Shown in pieces: positions 1-7,725 of a stretch of DNA of 64,000 nt; positions within the stretch are counted from its first letter, which is position 1; each line of letters begins with the position of its first letter. Source of the stretch: Longimicrobiales bacterium (GTDB taxonomy: Bacteria; Gemmatimonadota; Gemmatimonadetes; Longimicrobiales; Gaopeijiaceae); the NCBI GenBank assembly GCA_965204735.1, contig OZ242008.1:1248001-1312000 (forward strand), given 5' to 3'. A model generated the notes under the pieces. It was not told where the DNA came from, searched no databases, and worked only from the letters and a program-made list of their open reading frames with translations. Position numbers and translations under genes: made by a program.

Positions 1-568
1 CTCGATCTGGCTGTCCGAGCCCAGAGACCGATAGTCGTCCGAGTACTGCACCTCGCCGTCGCGCAGCACGTACAGCACCGCGTCCACATCGCTCGACCGA
101 GCCCGCACCACGACCCGCTTGCCCGAATCCGCCTCGACAGTCCACCTGCTCAGACGATGTCCCCGGATCGGATCGACGAAGCTGGACCTGTCGGCCGAAG
201 ACAGAGAGTCAGACACCAAGTCCGGAACGGACAGGGGGGTGTCTCTGGACTCAGGCGGCGCCTCTTGGAGCAACCGCGAGTAGTCCGACTCAGCTTCCTC
301 CACGACCAGCGAGTACTCCCCTCCGGTGTCGGCGGAGTAGCTCCCCGCGAGCACCGTCACCTTTCCCGAGTCGGGCATGACGAACTCGATCTGGCTGTCC
401 GAGCCCAGAGACCGATAGTCGTCCGAGTACTGCACCTCGCCGTCGCGCAGCACGTACAGCACCGCGTCCACATCGCTCGACCGAACCCGCACCACGACCC
501 ACTTGCCCGAATCCGCCTCGACAGTCCACCTGCTCAGACGATGTCCCCGGATCGGATCGACGAAGCTG
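1..568. repeat. 384-bp-period tandem repeat encoding the PPC-like domains
   Basis: 1-184 matches 385-568 with 2 mismatches. Confidence 0.95.
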
Positions 569-1524
569 CTGTCGTTTGACAATACTGCCGTAGTATCAAC
601 ACTGCCTTCAACCCGTTCCGGTGAGTTAAGTAGTGCATTCATGTATGAATTCTCTCGTTGTAATCGGTACGTGCCGTATCCGTTGCTGGCGACGCTGGTA
701 TCCATCCCCACAATGAGTGGAAGATAACCAGATGGAGGCATAACGCCGCGAACGATAGCAGATTGCCGACCTAGGTCGCTAACCGTTAGGTCAAATTGCG
801 GCAAGCTATAGACTATCGGACGAAAAACTTCTGACCACGTAACGAGTGACAGTCGTTCTCCTCCATCACCTTTTACTGCCCACAGATCAAAATGATATCC
901 CCTAAGTGAGTCTAAAGGGTCACTGCGGCTAATCTCACCGTCCCATATCGTGTCTGGGTCCCATATCGTGTCTGAGCCAGGGCTATGGTCCTTGGAGTCA
1001 GAGGGGCTAAGGTTGATAAAGTTATCGTCGCATTTGGAGCATGGAGCCGGACAGCTGGGCACGGCGGCTACTAAGTCCAAGCTACACAGTCTGGAGGGCA
1101 GCACGAGAAGGCTTCCCAATTTATCCAACATGTTGTTGACCGGAATATCCAGTTCACGCTTGAACGAGTCCGGATCCCCAAGATCAAACACGATGTCGCC
1201 GCCGTTCTCTCGCCTGTGCTCGTAAATCTTGTCGAGCGTCACCATATCGAGTTCTGGACTCTCGTGATCAATGGTTATTTTTACCCTATCCTGATTTGTA
1301 TCAATACTTTCGCAAGGACGTTTGGTCAACTTCTTCTTTAGTTTGCAGATGTCTTTCTGGTGAGCGCGATTTTTTAACCAAGACTCGATACTATGATCGA
1401 ACGTAACGGCCGCCAGAGCGCCCACCAGAGTGCTCACCAGCACAAGCATTAGCGGCGACCTGAGGAACCGGAACACGGTCGGTTTTGGGCGCACCGATTC
1501 TTCGGGTGTGGATGAGTCGCTCAT
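1..1524 (-). CDS. Partial (runs off left edge) membrane-anchored protein with tandem PPC-like (pre-peptidase C-terminal) beta-sandwich domains
   Basis: Manual translation is open from ATG 1524 (MSDSSTPEESVRPKPTVFRFLRSPLMLVLVSTLVGALAAVTF, hydrophobic anchor) to position 1. It contains DAVLYVLRDGEVQYSDDYRSLGSDSQIEFVMPDSGKVTVLAGSYSADTGGEYSLVV (PPC-like). Not in the ORF track, presumably because no stop lies in the window. Confidence 0.8.
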   Translation of the reverse strand, partial: MSDSSTPEESVRPKPTVFRFLRSPLMLVLVSTLVGALAAVTFDHSIESWLKNRAHQKDICKLKKKLTKRPCESIDTNQDRVKITIDHESPELDMVTLDKIYEHRRENGGDIVFDLGDPDSFKRELDIPVNNMLDKLGSLLVLPSRLCSLDLVAAVPSCPAPCSKCDDNFINLSPSDSKDHSPGSDTIWDPDTIWDGEISRSDPLDSLRGYHFDLWAVKGDGGERLSLVTWSEVFRPIVYSLPQFDLTVSDLGRQSAIVRGVMPPSGYLPLIVGMDTSVASNGYGTYRLQRENSYMNALLNSPERVEGSVDTTAVLSNDSSFVDPIRGHRLSRWTVEADSGKWVVVRVRSSDVDAVLYVLRDGEVQYSDDYRSLGSDSQIEFVMPDSGKVTVLAGSYSADTGGEYSLVVEEAESDYSRLLQEAPPESRDTPLSVPDLVSDSLSSADRSSFVDPIRGHRLSRWTVEADSGKRVVVRARSSDVDAVLYVLRDGEVQYSDDYRSLGSDSQIE

Positions 1525-1869
1525 CCGAAACGGCCGTGGCAAAGCGTGCCAATGTAACCGTGGAGTTGCCTCGGTTCGTGGAACATGTCCATTCCAGTCT
1601 TCCAGACAAGGATGAGGTGCCCGTGGCGAGGCGGTCGGGCGATCCTATTCGCCCTTTCGGTGCTTGCTCGGCGGCTCAACATTTGACGAGGCCAGCCATG
1701 GCGGCACCGTGGCTCCCAGAGCGGGACCGGCGTCATCCGGTCCTCCGGGTTCCGCGGGTGGCGGACGGGACGGCTACGAGGGGACCGAACGGACGAGACA
1801 CGGCAAGGGAGAGCGGCTGTTCGAGCAGGTGCTGGGGATCAAGCGGCCATGGTCGAGCTTCCCTCGTCC

Positions 1870-2340
1870 CTTCTCGCGCCACGTCGGGCTCCAGGCGAAC
1901 AGCGAGCGGCCGTCTTCGGCCTCGCCCGCTATCCCCAGCCTTTCGGTTTGGGTGTCAGCAATCATGATGAATGAAAGGTGGCTACAGAGGGGCGACACAA
2001 CAACGTCAATATTCGGTCAATATGCGACGTTCTGCCCAAATTCGACTCCCCCTTGCGTCGCATCCACACACGCGCCCACCCACAACACACTTCCCACCGA
2101 GTCTGATGCTCTCGCTGTGAACGTCGCAACGCCGTTCGCCGACTCACCCGCGCTCAGCGCCTGCACGTCCGACGCCTCTCCAATCTCCTCGTCCGATGTC
2201 GCGATCACCGAGTTCAACGACTTGAATGTCCTCGCCTTCGTCGCAACAGACGCCGCGTCACTCCGGTTCCGAACCACCACCGCGTACTCGAAGCTGCCAC
2301 CCGGCGTGACCACCACGCTGTCAGCAACTGTTGCCTGCGT
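1870..2340 (-). pseudogene. Fragments of a CARDB-domain paralogue (about 2017-2340) and of an LRR-peptidase C-terminal domain (about 1870-1945)
   Basis: DSVVVTPGGSFEYAVVVRNRSDAASVATKART...VLWVGACVD parallels the CARDB repeats of 11676-13475. IAGEAEDGRSLF parallels LAGEAEDGRVLF in 7726-11643. No proper start. Confidence 0.7.
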
Positions 2341-2366
2341 CCGGCGGCTTGCTCCTCGTATGACAA

Positions 2367-2894
2367 CTACCGCCGCGGCAGGCCCCTGCGGACCACCACG
2401 CCGCCGTCCCCCAGTCGGACTGCGCTGGCGCCTCTCTCTGGCCAGTCTCTCACGATGCTTCGGACGCGGCCCGTGGACTCGTCGACCAGTATTGCCGCGC
2501 GGCCTCCGGCGTCCCGGTCCACCGAGGTCGTTCCCTCCGGTCCGGAAAGTTCGATCCGGCCCAACGCTTCGGTCCACTCGTCTTCGAAAGGCAAGGCGAA
2601 CAGGAAACTCGCGCCGCCGTGGTCGATCGGGTCCGAGGAGAAGTCAAGTCGGAAGAGCGTTTTGCCGCTTCTGCCACGCCTGTCAGGCGATAGGGACCAG
2701 GGCGAGCTGGCAGCTTTACAGGCGCCTCCATTGCGAACGCAGGTTCCATTCGCAACGAGCCGTCTCGAACGCTACCCCAGAGCAACAGCATCTTGCGAGG
2801 CTCCCCCAGGGCGGACGTGACGACGCCGGGAGCCGCCCGGGCAAGTTCCAGCCGGTGGCTCATGGCCTTCTTGAAGTGATAGTCGCTGATCCAC
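2367..2894 (-). pseudogene. 3' remnant of an LRR/metallopeptidase surface-protein paralogue, frameshifted and truncated by the IS
   Basis: WISDYHFKKAM..LLLWG..EPAFAMEAP, then in another frame FALPFEDEWTEALGRIELSGPEG..TGRVRSIVRDW..VVVRRGLP. Collinear with the C-terminus of 7726-11643 (ISDYHFANAL..LLLWG..SRIVLTGPDG..TGRVRGILRDW). Confidence 0.85.
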
Positions 2895-2898
2895 TTAG

Positions 2899-4653
2899 CC
2901 CGCATTTCTCACAACTCGTTGGAGCGCCGGCTTGGGTGGCCATGAGAAGGGCAAGGGAAGGCTGAGATGGGAGGATTTGCAGGTCGCGGGGCGAGAAGAG
3001 GGGCGCAGGGACGCCCGTGGGGTGCGCGTGGGCGGAGTCCGAAGGCCCATTTTCGGGCAGCGCAGGCACTCCGTGCACGAAGCGGCCCGGGGCCGGGTAT
3101 CGGCGGGAGACCGTGCCGCGGCGGCTAGGTCTGGAGCCGGGTGTAGGCCAGGGCGAACTCGTGGTGGCGAGGGTGGTTCGAGTCCATTGCGACCTTCACG
3201 CGCCGGACCGAGACCAGCACGCGCGCTCCGATCTTGAGCAGCTGCGCCCGCAGCGTGGCGGCCGTGGCGCGGGCCAGGCGCGTGTTGTGCAGCGCTTCGC
3301 GCAGCTGCTCGATCAGCGCGCCGGCCAGCGCGGAGAAGATGAGCCGCAGCTGGTTGGCCGCCATGGCGGAGGCGGAGAGCCGCTCGCCGAAGAGGTCCAG
3401 CTGCTGCTCCTTGATCACGTTCTCCATGCGCCCCCGCCCACAGTAGAGGTGCTCGTAGAGAGTCCGTGCGCGGACCATCGAGCGGGGCAGCGAAGTGGCG
3501 ACGAACCGGGGGTTCGCCTTGCCCGGCAGCCACTCGGCCTTGCCCACGACCCGGCGCTTCTTCGACCAGGTCTTCCGCGTCGCGTACTCGAAGTCCACGT
3601 ATCGGCGCGCCGCCCGGCCCTTCGCATCGCACTCGGCCTCGGCGTCGGCCAGCTCCCAGCCGACGGCCTCCGCGAGCCGCTCGTTCTTGGCCAGTCCGAG
3701 GATGTAGTGCACGCCTCGGGCCTCGCACCAACTCATGAGTTCGTCCTTGCCGTATCCGGCGTCCGCCCGCACCACGAACTCGGTGGCCGGCCACCGTGCG
3801 CGGATCCGCGAGACGATGCGCTCGAGCTCGTCCACGGCGCCCTCCAGGGGACCCGCGTTGCCCGCGCGCAGCGCCACGCCCAGCGTGTGCCGCCCGCAGA
3901 CCACGTACAGCGGCAGGCAGCAGTGGTGGCCGTAGTAGCCGTGCCAGCGCCGACCCTCCTGGGTGCCGTGCATCTCGACGTCGGTGGGATCGATGTCCAG
4001 CACGATCCGACTCGGCGGCTTGCGCCGCGACGGTCGCCGACGGCGCGGACGCGCGGCTCGGCGGCGCCTGGCACGCCGTGTGGTCGCCCGCTCCATGAAG
4101 CGGTCCACCAGCAGGTTCGACAGCGCCTCCAGATCGGCGGTGATCTTGTGGTACCGCCCCGGCGCGCCGGCCGACTGTCCGTTCTCGAGCCGGTTCAGCG
4201 TGGCCTTGCCCGCCAGGACGGCGCATCCCTTGCGCCGCGGTCCGCGCTTCTCGGCGAGCAGCGCCAGCACGGGGTCGTGGCGCAGCTGGTCGTGGTCGGC
4301 CACGTCCTCGTGTCCCAGGGCGATGCCCGTGATGCGCTGGCTCACCAGCGTCCGCACCGAGTGCTCGACGCGCCTCGGGTCCCGGTGGTCCTGGAAGCAG
4401 GCGGCGACCTGGTCGAAGAACTTTCCCGCCTCGGCCGCCTGGCGCAGCAGCAGTGCGCCGGCGTTGGACGAGACGGCCCCGCCGTCGAAGGCGGCCACCA
4501 CCTTGCGTCCGCCCAAGGCTTGCTTCGAGAACGGGAACTGGGTATGCTGTGTCGGCATCGGTCTCTCGGGGTCGAGGTCGGGAATCCCTTTCACGACCTA
4601 ACATAACGACCTTCGAGAGGCCGATGCCTGCCCCCACTTGTGAGAAATCCGGG
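2899..4653 (-). mobile_element. IS1380-family insertion sequence (~1755 bp)
   Basis: Terminal inverted repeats CCCGCATTTCTCACAA (2899-2914) and TTGTGAGAAATCCGGG (4638-4653), 1 mismatch, enclosing the transposase. Confidence 0.9.
3125..4594 (-). CDS. IS1380-family DDE transposase
   Basis: Family motifs VAAFDGGAVSSNAGALLL, LDIDPTD..HGTQEG..HGYY..CCLPLY, VRADAGY, NPRFVATSL, YCGRGRMENVIKEQQLDLF, ANQLRL. Start could be the later ATG (MPTQHT). Confidence 0.95.
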   Translation of the reverse strand: MKGIPDLDPERPMPTQHTQFPFSKQALGGRKVVAAFDGGAVSSNAGALLLRQAAEAGKFFDQVAACFQDHRDPRRVEHSVRTLVSQRITGIALGHEDVADHDQLRHDPVLALLAEKRGPRRKGCAVLAGKATLNRLENGQSAGAPGRYHKITADLEALSNLLVDRFMERATTRRARRRRAARPRRRRPSRRKPPSRIVLDIDPTDVEMHGTQEGRRWHGYYGHHCCLPLYVVCGRHTLGVALRAGNAGPLEGAVDELERIVSRIRARWPATEFVVRADAGYGKDELMSWCEARGVHYILGLAKNERLAEAVGWELADAEAECDAKGRAARRYVDFEYATRKTWSKKRRVVGKAEWLPGKANPRFVATSLPRSMVRARTLYEHLYCGRGRMENVIKEQQLDLFGERLSASAMAANQLRLIFSALAGALIEQLREALHNTRLARATAATLRAQLLKIGARVLVSVRRVKVAMDSNHPRHHEFALAYTRLQT

Positions 4654-4660
4654 CTAACAA

Positions 4661-5968
4661 TTACCGTGGCCATGGCCACTTCCGCTTTTTGCCAGGCCGT
4701 TCCAAGTCGAAGGGCAAATTCCAGCCCTCGGCAGCAGGATGCCATCGACCCCACGTGTTCTTGTGAATGTCATCTTTGTCGCCAAAAAACCGCACAAGAA
4801 GGCGAATCACCAAATTCATTCTCGGCATGAATTCGTGAAATCCTGTGAGCATCACGAGTCCCCGATCTCTCACCTCGTGAACACCGAAATCCTCAGGCGA
4901 GACACACACCACTGGTGGTTTGATCTGATCGACAAATGGTGGAATAGAACTCTTTGATGGCACAGTGCCGTCGCCGTCGCCTGTTCTTTCGTCTTTTCCA
5001 AGAAATGAGAATCGCTTGTTGTTGGCTCGGCCTTCCCTATTGACGCGAACGGATGTACGTGTTTGTTCTTCAATTCCCGCTATCACAAGAACCTTCTTTT
5101 CGTCGATTTGCCAATTGTCAATTCTCTTTCTGTATTCCTTGGCGTCTTCAAGATATTGACGAAGCCTTTCCTTGCCTCTCATGAGATTGACTTCGTCTTC
5201 ATTTCCTTCCATTCCTTTCACGTGAGCTATCGCTTCTCCTATCGTTCGTGGTACGCTTTCTTGCCAGCCATCGTCGTTGAAGATGTCAGACATTTCTCCG
5301 AGCACGGCATTCTCATAAGTCGGTAGCAAATAGTACAGGGATGGCGTCAATCGCGCCGTCCTTCGTTCACGGCTTGCCTGCGAACGGCTGCCAAGCGTAC
5401 CGCTACCCGCCACAAGTTTAGTTATCGCGTCGCAACTTCCGCGCCAGGGCGTGCCAATGGTCGCAATTTTGTCGACGCATTTCGCGATGTCGTCGCCTTT
5501 GCGTGACGGCAGAGTCAACGCACCGGCAATAACAAGGCCGCCCATGCTGTGTCCCACCAAGTTCACCTGCGGTTTGCTCTCCCGATATGCGGGCATGAGC
5601 TCTGTTCGCTGGATCACTTCCGATATGAATTCTTGCAACGTGCGTGCCGTCACCTCCAGCGGCTGTCGCCAGTCATAGCTGAACGGATAGACAGGTGTGC
5701 CCAACTCTTCTCGTAACTCTTCTACCATTTCTTCGTAGACCAAAGGAAATGGTCCCCCCGGCCGAATCAGGGCAGGCTCCCGCAACTCGTAGAGGCGATC
5801 GGACTCGGAAGACGGAAGCGAAGGGGCGAGCGCCAAGCGATTGTGTTCACGCCGCATTTTTGTTGTCCACACTTTCTCCGGCGGCAATGAGTAGTCGTCC
5901 TGCATGTCGGTCGCAGTGATTCCCGGTACCACAATCACGGGATTTGGCATGGAGCTGGCTGTGCTCAT
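4661..5968 (-). CDS. Alpha/beta-hydrolase, lipase/acyltransferase (LCAT/PGAP1-like)
   Basis: PVIVVPGI, FSYDWRQ, nucleophile elbow GHSMGG, IGTPWRGS, GDGTVP; RBS GAGGAG upstream; lower GC than flanks. Confidence 0.85.
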   Translation of the reverse strand: MSTASSMPNPVIVVPGITATDMQDDYSLPPEKVWTTKMRREHNRLALAPSLPSSESDRLYELREPALIRPGGPFPLVYEEMVEELREELGTPVYPFSYDWRQPLEVTARTLQEFISEVIQRTELMPAYRESKPQVNLVGHSMGGLVIAGALTLPSRKGDDIAKCVDKIATIGTPWRGSCDAITKLVAGSGTLGSRSQASRERRTARLTPSLYYLLPTYENAVLGEMSDIFNDDGWQESVPRTIGEAIAHVKGMEGNEDEVNLMRGKERLRQYLEDAKEYRKRIDNWQIDEKKVLVIAGIEEQTRTSVRVNREGRANNKRFSFLGKDERTGDGDGTVPSKSSIPPFVDQIKPPVVCVSPEDFGVHEVRDRGLVMLTGFHEFMPRMNLVIRLLVRFFGDKDDIHKNTWGRWHPAAEGWNLPFDLERPGKKRKWPWPR

Positions 5969-6007
5969 TTCTCTCCTCGGTCGAAAGACGTAGTGGTCAT
6001 TGTGCTC

Positions 6008-7720
6008 CTACCACGCCGCGAGCTTCAGCTTCGCGTCCAGGCGGACCTGGCCCCCCCGGCCGTCGTCCTCGTCCACGGGATTGCCGCGCTTGTCGTACAC
6101 GCGGACGCGGAGTTCGGCCGCTTCGCGGTCCACCGTCACGTGCGAGAAGTTGTCGTCCTGGGAGAAGTTCCAGGCTCTGTAGTCCATTGCGACCTCCTGG
6201 TCCCGCGAGTCCAGGAAGCGAAACGTGTCTTTTTGGCCCTTGGCACGGGAGTCGTGGACGAAGTCGGAGGGTTCTCCGTCGGCGAACGGGAACGGCCAGT
6301 AGAACGCCGACGAGGTGACCGAGAACGCCTTGATCCGCTCGGCGTCCGGCGTGCCCGTCAGAACGATCTCCGCCACGTTGCAGCAGTGGATGTCGCCCGA
6401 CAGGAAGACGACGTTCTGCACGCCGGCGTCCACGATGCGGCGCAGCACCGCGGCGCGGGTGGCGGGGAACGCGGGCCAGCCGTCGCTCCGCTCCAGCGCC
6501 TCCGGCTCGGTCTCGGCCAGGGCCGTGCGGGCCGAGACGGGGTTGGGCACGAACACGCCCGACGTCACCACGAACTTGGGCGCGTTGCCGCGTGCGGCCT
6601 GCTGCTCGGCCAGCCAGTCGAGCAGCCGCCGCAGCTGGCCGGGAGGCGCGTCGGGCGGGGCCGGACGGCCGAGCAGGTTGTTGCGCGACAAGTCGCCCTT
6701 GGGTCCTTCGATGAACCGCTGCGTGCGCGTGTCGAGCACGAAGAACGGCAGGCCGCCGCAATCGAAGCGGTAGTAGAGATGACGGCCCCATGTCCGCGGT
6801 CCGTGGCTCCACTGGTAGCTCAGGTAGGCGTCCACGGCGATCGTGAACAGCTGGTGCTTGGCCCGGTGGAGGCGGTCCTGGGACCAGTTGTCCTCGATCT
6901 CGTGGTCGTCCAGGATCATGTACGTCGGCAACCGCTGCATGAGCCGCCGAATCCGGGGCGACCCGAACGCGGTCAGGTAGCGGTCCCGGAACTCGCGGTA
7001 CGTGTCGGCCCGCCCGAACGGCACGAACGTGCCGAGCATGTCGGCGTAGATCTGGTCGCCCACCATCAGCACGAAGCGGGGGCGGTCGGCGCGCCCGGGC
7101 GCGGCCTCGTCGGGGTCCGGGTTGGCCGCCTTTCCCTCGGCCAAGCGGGCCATCGGCGCGAAGATACGGTCCGAGTGGCGCACCTTCCACAGCAGACCCG
7201 GATAGCGGCAGGAGCCCAGCAGAAAGCTGACCCGGCCTCCGTCCCGGCCTTCCGCCGGGAACGTGCGGACGACCGCGCCGGCCTTGACGGGGTCCAGGCG
7301 GCGCAGGTCGTCGCGCCAAGCGCTCGAGTGCGTGAGCCGGCGCAGCAGCGCGTCGTCCTCGAACTCGTCGTCGTCGTCCAGCGCGTCGTCGAGTACGAGG
7401 CATCCGACCCGGACCTCGTACTCCGAGTCGGGCTCCAGGGCGAACAGCGTCTTGTCCTCCGGCAACCGGATGTCGTGCTCGCCCAGGTTGATGCTGCCGC
7501 TGCGGTCGAACTCGCGGCGGAGCCGGAAGTACGCCGTCGGCATCGGGTCGAGCGCCGCGCCGTCCTTCGACAGGACGCCGATGACCGCCATCGTCCGGCG
7601 GGCAGAGTCCGGGTGGTCCCCGCCGTCGGTCGCCGGGTCGGCGCGCACCCAGATGCGGCTGGTCGTCGCCGTCGTGTGCCCGACGATGGGGCCGAGTCCG
7701 GGAAGGCGAAGCGCGGACAC
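6008..7720 (-). CDS. phoD: Alkaline phosphatase D (PhoD) family metallophosphatase
   Basis: GPIVGHTT, GSCRY, GDQIYAD, MILDDHEIEDNW, LDTRTQR, LSGDIH. GTG start at 7720, just after the LRR gene stop. Confidence 0.9.
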   Translation of the reverse strand: MSALRLPGLGPIVGHTTATTSRIWVRADPATDGGDHPDSARRTMAVIGVLSKDGAALDPMPTAYFRLRREFDRSGSINLGEHDIRLPEDKTLFALEPDSEYEVRVGCLVLDDALDDDDEFEDDALLRRLTHSSAWRDDLRRLDPVKAGAVVRTFPAEGRDGGRVSFLLGSCRYPGLLWKVRHSDRIFAPMARLAEGKAANPDPDEAAPGRADRPRFVLMVGDQIYADMLGTFVPFGRADTYREFRDRYLTAFGSPRIRRLMQRLPTYMILDDHEIEDNWSQDRLHRAKHQLFTIAVDAYLSYQWSHGPRTWGRHLYYRFDCGGLPFFVLDTRTQRFIEGPKGDLSRNNLLGRPAPPDAPPGQLRRLLDWLAEQQAARGNAPKFVVTSGVFVPNPVSARTALAETEPEALERSDGWPAFPATRAAVLRRIVDAGVQNVVFLSGDIHCCNVAEIVLTGTPDAERIKAFSVTSSAFYWPFPFADGEPSDFVHDSRAKGQKDTFRFLDSRDQEVAMDYRAWNFSQDDNFSHVTVDREAAELRVRVYDKRGNPVDEDDGRGGQVRLDAKLKLAAW

Positions 7721-7725
7721 GGGCT

